NCBI GenBank assembly: GCA_016194505.1
Contig: JACQBK010000009.1
Coordinates: forward strand, 1 to 54,167
Origin: Ignavibacteriales bacterium
GTDB lineage: Bacteria > Bacteroidota > Ignavibacteria > UBA10030
Length of the DNA: 54,167 bases
Direction: 5' to 3'
Both the position numbers and the translations under genes were made by a program. Below, one piece after another: positions 19,645 to 28,598 of this stretch. The first letter of the stretch is position 1; every line of letters starts with the position of its first letter. The notes under the pieces are model-generated. The model was not told the origin of the DNA. It worked only from the letters and a program-made list of their open reading frames with translations, and ran no database searches.

Positions 19645-20064
19645 ATGGCAGTTGAACGAACATTAGCTATCCTCAAACCTGATTGTGTTAAAAAAAATCT
19701 TCAAGGCGAGGTCATTGCCCGGATCCAGAAAGCAGGCTTCAAGGTTCTTGGTTTTAAAATGATTCGCTTAACGAAAGAAGCCGCTGGAGCCTTTTATGCC
19801 GTCCACAAAGGTCGCCCGTTTTATGATGGACTTGTGGAATTTATGTCGAGCGGTCCGTGCGTCCCCATTGCTCTCGAGAAAGAAAATGCGGTAGCGGATT
19901 TCCGTACGCTCATTGGCGCAACCGATCCGAAAGATGCGGCAGAGGGGACCATACGTAAGCTGTATGCCGATAATAAGGGCGAAAATATCGTTCATGGTTC
20001 GGATTCACCGGAGAATGGAAAGATAGAAGTTGCATTCTTTTTTTCAGGTAGCGAACTCGTTTAG
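19645..20064 (+). CDS. ndk: Nucleoside diphosphate kinase
   Basis: [23 protein letters not shown]. Confidence 0.96.
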   Translation: MAVERTLAILKPDCVKKNLQGEVIARIQKAGFKVLGFKMIRLTKEAAGAFYAVHKGRPFYDGLVEFMSSGPCVPIALEKENAVADFRTLIGATDPKDAAEGTIRKLYADNKGENIVHGSDSPENGKIEVAFFFSGSELV

Positions 20065-20081
20065 ATGAGTGAATAGTGAAC

Positions 20082-20183
20082 TGGTGAGTGGTTTGCGCCA
20101 GAGGCGCATCCGCCTTAGGCGGAAATTGGTGAATGGTTTGCGCCAGAGGCGCATCCGCCTTAGGCGGAAATTGGTGAATGGTT
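20082..20183. repeat. 45-bp tandem duplication of a REP-like double hairpin
   Basis: GTTTGCGCCAGAGGCGCATCCGCCTTAGGCGGAAATTGGTGAATG at 20091 and 20136. Confidence 0.85.
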
Positions 20184-20261
20184 AATTGGTAAGTAGCTCA
20201 TTTAAGATATCGCTGGCTCACCACCTACCAATTAACAAATTAACTAATCACACACATTCCC

Positions 20262-20798
20262 ATGTCTTTACCGAAGTGGAAGAAACTTACCCAGAAAGAG
20301 CTTTATAAAAACCCCTGGTGGGTGTATCGTCAGGATACGTTTATGCTTCCCAATGGCGAGGTAGGGGAGTATTTCTATGTCCATACGAACGGTTCGAGCC
20401 TCGTCATTCCTTTCTTGAACGACGGCAAAATTATTTTAGTAAAGCAATATCGTTACCTTTGTGATGAAGAAAGCCTTGAGTTTCCATGCGGTGGCGTCAA
20501 GGCAGGCAGTGATTATACGAAGACGGCTATTCAGGAATTGGCGGAAGAAGCAGGATACGCTTCAACGGACTTGAAACAAATCGGGAAGTTTAATCCATTC
20601 AACGGCGTTACGAATGAAATCTGCCATGTGTTTCTCGCAAAAAATTTAACGAAAGCTGCCTCCACGCCGGATGTTACAGAGCAGTTCGAGCATTTTCAAT
20701 TTTCGCCGGACGAGATTGATTTAAAGATCAAGTCTGGAGAAATTTGGGATGGCATGACCATCGCGGCGTGGATGCTGGTGCGCCCGCATATCAGTTAG
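20262..20798 (+). CDS. Nudix hydrolase (ADP-ribose pyrophosphatase-like)
   Basis: LVKQYRY, EFPCGG...AIQELAEEAGY Nudix box, DGMTIAA. Confidence 0.9.
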   Translation: MSLPKWKKLTQKELYKNPWWVYRQDTFMLPNGEVGEYFYVHTNGSSLVIPFLNDGKIILVKQYRYLCDEESLEFPCGGVKAGSDYTKTAIQELAEEAGYASTDLKQIGKFNPFNGVTNEICHVFLAKNLTKAASTPDVTEQFEHFQFSPDEIDLKIKSGEIWDGMTIAAWMLVRPHIS

Positions 20799-20806
20799 AA
20801 AAAAAT

Positions 20807-20850
20807 CACAAAGCCATCCCGATCATCATGATTATCGGGATGGCTTTGTG
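20807..20850. terminator. Long intergenic hairpin (terminator or REP-like)
   Basis: CACAAAGCCATCCCGAT...ATCGGGATGGCTTTGTG. Confidence 0.5.
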
Positions 20851-20871
20851 TTTAAAGGAGAAAAATATCCA

Positions 20872-22107
20872 ATGAAGCGCACGAATATTGTTATGCTTGT
20901 TTTGCTTTTCTTTGTTTGTTTGAATGCCGAGAGCCAAGTCAAGGTTGGCGCAGATATGCTCTTTGAAAAATATTTTCACCTTATCGAGGGAAAGAACATA
21001 GGGCTGGTGACGAACCACTCCGCGGTGTTATCAAATGGTAAACATCTTGCTGACGCTTTGTTTGAGGATAAACGGACGAAACTTGTGGCTCTTTTTGGTC
21101 CGGAGCATGGCATTCGCGGCGATGCGCCGGCGGGGAAGACTATTCAAAGTGGTAAAGATGAAAAGACAGGTCTCCCTGCATATTCTCTATACGGAAAAAT
21201 CAACAAGCCAACGGATGAAATGTTAAAGGACATTGAAGTATTGGTCTTTGATATTTTCGATGTCGGTGTGCGATTCTACACGTATGAGAGCACGCTTTCT
21301 CTTGCGATGGAAGCCGTTGCCGAAAAGGGCATTCCTTATATTGTTCTTGATCGTCCCAATCCGATTCGCGGAACATGGGTTGAGGGGTTCACTCGAGAAG
21401 ATTCTCTCAAATCGTTCGTAGGGTTGCATCCTATTCCTGTGGTCCATGGGATGACGATGGGGGAGTTAGCTGAAATGATCAATAAGGAAGGGTGGCTTAA
21501 GAATAGTGTGAAAGCGAACTTGACCGTTATAAAGGCTGAAGGCTGGAAACGGGAGATGTGGTTTGATCAGACGGGGCTGCAATGGGTGCCACCATCGCCT
21601 AATATTAAGACTCTAAGCGCTGCAACCGTTTATCCGGGAATGTGCTTTTTTGAGGGAACGAACGTTTCGGAAGGACGCGGCACGGAGCGACCATTCGAAA
21701 CGATAGGTGCGCCATATATTGACGGTAAGAAATTAGCCGATGAGTTAAGTGGATTCCATCTCAAGGGTGTTATATTTGAGCCGATCCAGTTCACACCGAA
21801 AGACATCCCTAATGCCGTGTCCAATCCAAAACACAAAGGGGCACTCTGCGGCGGTGTGATTGTCAACGTGACGGATCGAAACTCGTTTGAGCCGGTCAAA
21901 ACCGGTGTTTTCATGATTTCTGCCATCAAAAAACTCTATCCCAAAGAGTTGCAGTGGCGGGGGACGTATCTCAATAAGCTTTCGGGTTCTGCAAAAGTAA
22001 GATTGTCAATTGATGCGGGAGAGTCACCGGAAGCAATTGCGAAAATGTGGGGCGATGATGTTCAGAAGTTCACCAAGTTGCGGGAGAAGTATTTGCTGTA
22101 TAAGTAA
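20872..22107 (+). CDS. namZ: DUF1343 / NamZ exo-beta-N-acetylmuramidase family
   Basis: GLVTNHS, LFGPEHGIRG, DVGVRFYTY, LDRPNP, HGMTMGE, SEGRGT; signal peptide; ATG 20872 after AAGGAG. Confidence 0.88.
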   Translation: MKRTNIVMLVLLFFVCLNAESQVKVGADMLFEKYFHLIEGKNIGLVTNHSAVLSNGKHLADALFEDKRTKLVALFGPEHGIRGDAPAGKTIQSGKDEKTGLPAYSLYGKINKPTDEMLKDIEVLVFDIFDVGVRFYTYESTLSLAMEAVAEKGIPYIVLDRPNPIRGTWVEGFTREDSLKSFVGLHPIPVVHGMTMGELAEMINKEGWLKNSVKANLTVIKAEGWKREMWFDQTGLQWVPPSPNIKTLSAATVYPGMCFFEGTNVSEGRGTERPFETIGAPYIDGKKLADELSGFHLKGVIFEPIQFTPKDIPNAVSNPKHKGALCGGVIVNVTDRNSFEPVKTGVFMISAIKKLYPKELQWRGTYLNKLSGSAKVRLSIDAGESPEAIAKMWGDDVQKFTKLREKYLLYK

Positions 22108-22168
22108 AAGCTTTCTCAAAAATCCTAAGAACCTTGCGAAGGTTTAACCCCCATTTTAAAACGTTTTA

Positions 22169-23302
22169 CTACGCCAACGCCTGTTTTATATCCGCAATAA
22201 TATCTTTCACATCCTCGATTCCCACAGAAATTCTAACAAGCCCATCCGTTACGCCAATGCGATTACGCTCATCAGCGGGGACCGATGCATGGGTCATCGT
22301 TGCAGGATGGGAGATAAGTGTTTCAACTCCGCCCAAGCTTTCAGCTAAGGCGCAAAGCTTGACCCGCTTGAGAAATTTCTTGGCGCTTTCTAAGCTTCCT
22401 AAATCAAACGAGATCATACCTCCAAACTCGCTCATTTGTTTTTGAGCCAACCGGTGTTGAGGGTGTGAAAGAAGTCCGGGGTAATTCACCTTTTTGACTT
22501 TTCGATGCCGCGATAAAAATGAAGCGACTTCCATTGCGTTATTGCAGGCTCTATCCATCCTCACGGCAAGAGTCTTGATGCCGCGAATGCACATCCATGC
22601 CTCAAATGGACTCATAATGCCTCCAATGGACTTTTGGAGAAATCGGAGTTTTTCTATCATCTTTGCATCGTTAAGAACCAGCAGCCCGCCGAGCATATCG
22701 CTGTGGCCGTTGAGATATTTTGTCGCGCTGTGCATAACGATGTCAATGCCGTATTCGAGCGGACGTTGCAAATAAGGGCTGGCAAATGTATTATCCACCA
22801 CTGAAATAACCTTCTTCGCTTTGCAAATTTTTGCTGCGCCAGCCAAATCGGTGATTTCCATTGTTGGGTTTGTCGGCGTTTCGATGAACACCATTTTGGT
22901 GCTGGATTTAATAGTTTTTTTCAGTATATCCAAGTCCGTCGTGTCAACAAACTCAAAATCGAGATTAAAATTATTCAGCACGAGCTTGCCCAGCCGGTAG
23001 GTGCCTCCGTATACATCGCGCGAAACGATGATATGGTCGCCTGCTTTTAACGCCATGAACAACGTTGTAATCGCTGCCATGCCCGAACCAAACGCTAACC
23101 CCTCTTTTCCTCCTTCAAGTTCAGCGATGCTTTTTTCAAGGACAGTTCGAGTAGGATTAGAAACACGGGCATACTCGTATCCCTTGTTAACGCCTAATTC
23201 TTCTTGAACGTACGTTGAAGTAAGATGAACCGGCGTCATAATGGAACCGGTCGTCGGATCAGGCTCTATGCCTGCATGAACAGCTTTTGTCGAAAAACCC
23301 AT
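22169..23302 (-). CDS. Cystathionine gamma-lyase/synthase (Cys/Met PLP family)
   Basis: YARVSNPT, ETPTNP, VDNTFASP, HSATKYLNGHSD, AESLGGVE; downstream of CBS, so gamma-lyase is likely. Confidence 0.92.
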   Translation of the reverse strand: MGFSTKAVHAGIEPDPTTGSIMTPVHLTSTYVQEELGVNKGYEYARVSNPTRTVLEKSIAELEGGKEGLAFGSGMAAITTLFMALKAGDHIIVSRDVYGGTYRLGKLVLNNFNLDFEFVDTTDLDILKKTIKSSTKMVFIETPTNPTMEITDLAGAAKICKAKKVISVVDNTFASPYLQRPLEYGIDIVMHSATKYLNGHSDMLGGLLVLNDAKMIEKLRFLQKSIGGIMSPFEAWMCIRGIKTLAVRMDRACNNAMEVASFLSRHRKVKKVNYPGLLSHPQHRLAQKQMSEFGGMISFDLGSLESAKKFLKRVKLCALAESLGGVETLISHPATMTHASVPADERNRIGVTDGLVRISVGIEDVKDIIADIKQALA

Positions 23303-23393
23303 GGTAATTCCTCAAAAATAATTTTCAATTGTCAATTTACAATTTTCAATTAAAGATCAACGCTGTAAGCTGAACGCCGATTGCTGACAGCTT

Positions 23394-24779
23394 CTATCTA
23401 GACATATACTCTATCACATCAAACCTTGTTACTATGCCCACGACCTTTGCCTCATCCTCTACCAAGACTGCCGGATGCTTTTTCGAAAGGAGGGTAATTG
23501 CTTGATTGATAGATTCGTCAATATGGACTTTCGGAAATGCCGGCTTCATCAAAGAACTCACCGGCGCATCGAAAAGGGCGGGGTTCCCTAAAACCGCTCC
23601 CATGAGATCGCTTTCTTCGATACTGCCGACAGCTTGCCCTTTATCGAGCACCGGAAGCTGCGAAATGTTGTGCTGATTCAATAAGTCAAGTGCTTTGCGG
23701 ATAGTTGTTACGGGGTCAATGGAAATTAAGCTCGGGACTCCCTTTTTTCCTTCGAGCACATAACGGATAGTAATTTTTTCCGGTATGAGGAGCCGATTCT
23801 CCCGCATCCAATCATCGTTATAAATTTTGCTCAGATAGCGCTCACCAGTATCAGGTAAAAGCACGACCATCACGTCTTTTTCCGAAAGCCGCTCGGCTAC
23901 CTTCATTGCTCCTGCCATCGCCGTTCCTGCCGAGCCGCCGACGAAGATTCCTTCTTCGCGTGTTAGCCTTCGTGCCATAAGAAACGATTCTTTGTCCGTA
24001 ACTTCAATCACCTCGTCAATATATTGGAACTGGAGAACGCCCGGTATATAATCCTGACCAATTCCCTCAACCTTATATGTTTTAAAAACTGGAGAGAATT
24101 TTTTCGTATAAAAATATTCTCGCAACACTGAACCTTTCGGGTCAATACCGACAACCTTGACGTTGGGATTTTGCTCTTTCAAAAATTTTCCGACGCCGCT
24201 AATTGTTCCTCCTGTTCCTATTCCACATACGAAATAGTCTATTTGGCCACCCGTTTGTTCCCAAATTTCCGGACCGGTAGTCTTATAGTGGCTTTCGGGG
24301 TTTTTGGGATTGTAATACTGATTCGCTAAAATTGAATTCGGCGTTTCCCGAACGATTTTTTTGGCAACCTCCGTATAGCTTTCTGGGGATTCATGGGGTA
24401 CGGCGGTTGGGGTAACAATAACTTCCGCCCCGTAAGCTCTAAGAAGCCTAATTTTTTCAATACTCATTTTATCAGGCATGGTAAAGATGCACTTATACCC
24501 CTTTACTGCCGCCGCAATAGCCAAGCCTAAGCCTGTGTTGCCGGATGTGGACTCTACAATGGTTCCACCGGGTTTTAAGCGCCCTTCCCGCTCTGCTTCC
24601 TCTATCATTTCTTTGCCGATGCGGTCTTTTACCGAGCCGCCTGGATTGAAATACTCCACCTTCACAAAAATCGTTGGCTTAAACCCTTGGTTGATCTTAT
24701 TGACCTTCACTAATGGCGTATTGCCTATTGTATCGGTAATATTTTGGTGAAATTTTATCTTTTTAATGTCAGAAAGCAT
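23394..24779 (-). CDS. cbs: Cystathionine beta-synthase with C-terminal CBS domains
   Basis: NPGGSVKDRI, TSGNTG, GIGTGGT, YKVEGIG, DTGERYLSK plus a CBS pair; ATG 24779 after GGAG is preferred over 24845. Confidence 0.9.
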   Translation of the reverse strand: MLSDIKKIKFHQNITDTIGNTPLVKVNKINQGFKPTIFVKVEYFNPGGSVKDRIGKEMIEEAEREGRLKPGGTIVESTSGNTGLGLAIAAAVKGYKCIFTMPDKMSIEKIRLLRAYGAEVIVTPTAVPHESPESYTEVAKKIVRETPNSILANQYYNPKNPESHYKTTGPEIWEQTGGQIDYFVCGIGTGGTISGVGKFLKEQNPNVKVVGIDPKGSVLREYFYTKKFSPVFKTYKVEGIGQDYIPGVLQFQYIDEVIEVTDKESFLMARRLTREEGIFVGGSAGTAMAGAMKVAERLSEKDVMVVLLPDTGERYLSKIYNDDWMRENRLLIPEKITIRYVLEGKKGVPSLISIDPVTTIRKALDLLNQHNISQLPVLDKGQAVGSIEESDLMGAVLGNPALFDAPVSSLMKPAFPKVHIDESINQAITLLSKKHPAVLVEDEAKVVGIVTRFDVIEYMSR

Positions 24780-24909
24780 AAAAAATACTCCAAAAATGAT
24801 GTTTTTCGACTGAAATTTACAAAATATAACACTATTCATATCCATAACAAAGAAAAAACTGAGAATTTGGAATTTTTGGGAGCTTTAAATTATGTATTTC
24901 TCAATCACA

Positions 24910-25060
24910 AACCTTCGGAAGGTTTCAAATGCCGCTGTACGGCATCTCCCGCTTTTTGGATTCCGTTCAATGAGCCTGCCTACCGCTGGTCCGCCTAAGG
25001 CGGGCAGGCATGGCGGGATTCCAAAGAACGGAACCGTACAACGGGACCTTCGGAAGGTTC
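24910..25060. repeat. REP/MITE-like element bounded by ACCTTCGGAAGGT palindromes, with nested insertions
   Basis: Palindrome at 24911 and 25046; core shared with 18073-18260; CCTGCC..GGCATGG insert at 24975-25013. Confidence 0.7.
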
Positions 25061-25083
25061 GTATTTTAGTTTAGGAAAATAGC

Positions 25084-25112
25084 TTGACTTTAAGGTTTCA
25101 ATTTTGTATCAT
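25084..25112 (+). promoter_or_regulatory. sigma70-type promoter of efp-accB-accC
   Basis: TTGACT-N17-TATCAT. Confidence 0.6.
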
Positions 25113-25177
25113 TTTACCCCAATTTGATGCAAAATGAGGCAATTTTAGGCAAAAACGAGAGGATTTTGAAAAGTTTT

Positions 25178-25741
25178 ATGGCGACTACAACAGACTTCAG
25201 GATTGGAATGGTAATTCGTTTTAACGGCGAGCTACATAGAATTGACGAGTATATCCATCGGACTCCCGGTAATCTTCGGGCATTTGTTCAGGCTAAACTC
25301 CGGAATTTAAGGTCTGGCAGAGTAACCGAGACGAGGTTTAGATCGGGGGAAGAGGTAGAAGAGGTCCGATTGGAACAAAAGGAGTTTACTTACCTTTACC
25401 ACGATGGTGCAAGCTTTCAGTTTATGGATAAGGTAAATTACGAGCAGATGCCGGTTCAAGCATCTGCCTTAGGTGAAGGGGCGAAGTTTCTGAAAGAAGG
25501 GGAAACCGTTCAACTTTTCATGGTGGGGAGCGATATCGTTAGCTCTGAGATTCCCTTTAACGTCGAGTTGAAAGTGGTAGAAACAGTACCGGGGGTTCGC
25601 GGAGATACGGCACAAGGGGCGACAAAGCCGGCAACGCTCGAGACCGGCGCAACAGTCAACGTACCCCTTTTTGTCAATGAAGGGGATGTAATTCGCGTTG
25701 ATACACGAACTGGTCAATATTTAGAGCGGGTCAAAAACTAA
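25178..25741 (+). CDS. efp: Elongation factor P (PGNLRA loop variant)
   Basis: FVQAKLRNL, PGVRGDTA, KPATLETG, VPLFV, VDTRTGQY; ATG 25178. Confidence 0.95.
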   Translation: MATTTDFRIGMVIRFNGELHRIDEYIHRTPGNLRAFVQAKLRNLRSGRVTETRFRSGEEVEEVRLEQKEFTYLYHDGASFQFMDKVNYEQMPVQASALGEGAKFLKEGETVQLFMVGSDIVSSEIPFNVELKVVETVPGVRGDTAQGATKPATLETGATVNVPLFVNEGDVIRVDTRTGQYLERVKN

Positions 25742-25836
25742 TCCATTGGTGCTATGGCTCGTAGGAGGAGCCTTGCCCAAGTAGCCCCGACGAACAATCG
25801 GGATTACACGTTCCCCATAACCAACTTGGACTATCC

Positions 25837-26304
25837 ATGGATCTTGCATACGTTAAGAAAGTTATCAAGCTTGTTGAAAAAAGCGATGTGGACGAAATTG
25901 AAATAGAAGAAGAAGGAAAGAAAATACGTGTAGCGAAGCATAGAAACTCCCAGGCAGTGTATCAAATTCCTAATCTATCCCTGCCAGCCCAGCCTGTTGG
26001 CGCGCCCGCACTTCCTGCCGCATCACAAACTGCGGAGATACCTCCTCCAAAGACCGAGGTCAAGTATCATGAAATACGCTCTCCCATTGTTGGCACGTTT
26101 TACAGAGCGCCCGCGCCGGATGCCGAAGTCTATGTGGAGATAGGGCAGGAGGTAAAACCCGGCTCCGTACTCTGTATCGTTGAAGCCATGAAGTTGATGA
26201 ACGAGATTGAATCCGATGTTGAAGGGAAGGTCGTCAAGGTGTTGGCGGAAAATGGCAAGCCGGTAGAGTACAATCAACTGCTCTTCCTTATTGACCGAGC
26301 ATAA
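25837..26304 (+). CDS. accB: Biotin carboxyl carrier protein
   Basis: [17 protein letters not shown] biotinylation motif. Confidence 0.96.
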   Translation: MDLAYVKKVIKLVEKSDVDEIEIEEEGKKIRVAKHRNSQAVYQIPNLSLPAQPVGAPALPAASQTAEIPPPKTEVKYHEIRSPIVGTFYRAPAPDAEVYVEIGQEVKPGSVLCIVEAMKLMNEIESDVEGKVVKVLAENGKPVEYNQLLFLIDRA

Positions 26305-26390
26305 CAAATCAAGAAATCAGTCACCTCGTTGAGAGCATGTGCATCCATCCGTCGCATTTCAATTGAGGACGATAGAGAATAGGAATACAT

Positions 26391-27731
26391 TTGTTCGAAA
26401 AAGTACTTATTGCTAATCGCGGGGAAATAGCGCTCCGTGTCATCAGAGCGTGCCGCGAGTTGGGCATTAAAACCGTTGCGGTTTATTCCGAAGCGGACCG
26501 GGACGCGTTGCATGTAAAATTTGCGGATGAAGCAGTTTGTATAGGACCGCCTTCAAGCAAAGAAAGTTATTTAAATATCCCCCGCCTTATTGCCGCTGCA
26601 GAAGTAACCAATGCCGATGCGATCCATCCGGGATACGGGTTCCTTGCAGAAAATGCCAACTTTGCGGAAATTTGCGCAACCTCAGGATTAACGTTTATCG
26701 GTCCCAAACCAAAAGCCATTACAGCAATGGGTGATAAAGCCCTTGCGAAGGAAACCATGCGCAAGGCTGGTGTTCCCGTTGTGCCGGGAAGTGATGGAGT
26801 GATTTCGGATGTCAACGAAGCGAAAAAAATCGCTGGAGATGTCGGTTATCCGATCATCATTAAAGCTACGGCGGGTGGCGGCGGAAGGGGTATGCGCATT
26901 GTTCGTGAAGTCTCCGAGCTTGAAAACGCGTTTCGCACCGCAAGTCACGAAGCCGAAACCGCATTCGGTAATCCCTCAGTGTATATCGAAAAATATGTCG
27001 AAGAGCCTCGCCATGTTGAAATACAGGTTATGGGGGATCAGTACGGTAATATTATTCACCTCGGAGAACGTGATTGCTCCATCCAACGAAGACATCAAAA
27101 ACTCGTGGAGGAATCTCCATCGCCCGCGGTAACACCTGAAATCCGGGAAGCAATGGGCGTCGCCGCGATCAAGGGGTCAAAAAGCGTTAATTATACCGGG
27201 GCAGGAACGATTGAATTTTTGCTGGATAAGCACAAAAATTTTTATTTTATGGAAATGAACACCCGTATCCAAGTTGAGCACCCGGTTACGGAAGAAGTGC
27301 ACGGCGTTGACCTTCTCAAAATGCAAATCGAGGTTGCGGCGGGAATGCGCTTAAAGAAAGCTACTCCCAAGCCCCAATGGCACGTGATAGAATGCAGAAT
27401 TAATGCGGAAGACCCGAATTATGATTTTCGCCCCTCACCCGGGAAAATTACGAGCTTCCATCTTCCCGGTGGTTTTGGCGTTCGGGTTGATACCCATGCC
27501 TATGCGGGGTATGAAATACCGCCCTATTATGATTCCCTCGTTGCAAAGTTGATTGTAAAAGGAAAAACGAGGGAGGAAGCGATTGATAAAATGTATTATA
27601 CGCTCGATGAATTTATCGTCGAAGGCATTAAAACAACAATTCCGTTCCATAAGAAGCTGATGAAAAACGACCGTTTTAGAGAAGGCGATTTCGATACAAA
27701 ATTTGTCGAGTCATTTGATTTTAAAGACTAG
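26391..27731 (+). CDS. accC: Biotin carboxylase
   Basis: [41 protein letters not shown]. Confidence 0.96.
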   Translation: MFEKVLIANRGEIALRVIRACRELGIKTVAVYSEADRDALHVKFADEAVCIGPPSSKESYLNIPRLIAAAEVTNADAIHPGYGFLAENANFAEICATSGLTFIGPKPKAITAMGDKALAKETMRKAGVPVVPGSDGVISDVNEAKKIAGDVGYPIIIKATAGGGGRGMRIVREVSELENAFRTASHEAETAFGNPSVYIEKYVEEPRHVEIQVMGDQYGNIIHLGERDCSIQRRHQKLVEESPSPAVTPEIREAMGVAAIKGSKSVNYTGAGTIEFLLDKHKNFYFMEMNTRIQVEHPVTEEVHGVDLLKMQIEVAAGMRLKKATPKPQWHVIECRINAEDPNYDFRPSPGKITSFHLPGGFGVRVDTHAYAGYEIPPYYDSLVAKLIVKGKTREEAIDKMYYTLDEFIVEGIKTTIPFHKKLMKNDRFREGDFDTKFVESFDFKD

Positions 27732-27972
27732 AAGCCATCCCCAAAATAATACGCTATCGGTGTGTTTAATGGGTTTGCGCCAGAGGCGCATCCCTGCCTG
27801 CAGCAGGCAGGCGCCTTTGGCGGAGAAACCCATTAAACTGTAACGAGCCTTTTACCACGTCCTAAAGGACGTGGTTATAACCCCGACCTTTAGGTCGGGG
27901 CATAAAAAGCAAAAAAGAAATAAGGGCTTCAGCCCCGACACCACAACGGAGTAGTTTTTGAGATAGCCTGTA
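27729..27972. mobile_element. Non-autonomous MITE-like element filled with REP-like hairpins
   Basis: TA-flanked imperfect TIRs TAGAAGCCATCCCCAAAA / TTTTTGAGATAGCCTGTA; internal hairpins ACCACGTCC-TAAA-GGACGTGGT, CCCCGACC-TTTA-GGTCGGGG, GGGCT-TC-AGCCC. Confidence 0.65.
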
Positions 27973-28079
27973 GGGAAATTATAAATTGAAAATTGTATAT
28001 TGTAACGAACAAGAGTCTTTTCTTGGTTAATAACAATTCGTAAATTCACGTCTGAAGTCTAAGAACTGTAGAGGCAACT

Positions 28080-28460
28080 ATGAATTTTCCCGCAAATCTT
28101 CAATACACCAAAGAGCACGAGTGGATACGAGTAGAAGGTGATGCAGGATGGATAGGCATCACAGATTATGCACAAGGGGAGCTGGGCGACGTAGTATTTG
28201 TCGAACTTCCATCTGTCGGCACAAAGCTTCAACAAGGCAAGACATTCGGCACCATCGAAGCAGTGAAAGCAGTGTCTGATCTTTACGCTCCCATATCAGG
28301 AGAAGTGCTTGAACTGAATAAAGAGATTCAATCCACCCCTGAGTTGGTCAACAAAGAGCCGTATGATAAAGGATGGATGGTAAAGGTGAAAATTGCCAAC
28401 GCTTCTGAGCTTGCCAGTTTAATGGATGTAGAGTCATACAAGAAGCTGATCGCAAAATAG
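28080..28460 (+). CDS. gcvH: Glycine cleavage system H protein
   Basis: YTKEHEW, GITDYAQGELGDVVFV, EAVKAVSD lipoyl motif. Confidence 0.96.
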   Translation: MNFPANLQYTKEHEWIRVEGDAGWIGITDYAQGELGDVVFVELPSVGTKLQQGKTFGTIEAVKAVSDLYAPISGEVLELNKEIQSTPELVNKEPYDKGWMVKVKIANASELASLMDVESYKKLIAK

Positions 28461-28598
28461 CTCCTTTGGTTAACCGAATATTGTCTTTTTTTATTTTTCT
28501 TTCAGCTTCCTAAAACTCCTATTCTCGCGAGTTTTCGGAGACAATAATGATTGTTGTTCACTCCTTTCTAGGTGGAACTTCCGGTCTGATGATTTTTT

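Noticed and set aside
20082-20183. Palindromic direct repeats resembling a mini-CRISPR
   Set aside because: Only two units, the intervening sequence is also duplicated, no unique spacers and no cas genes
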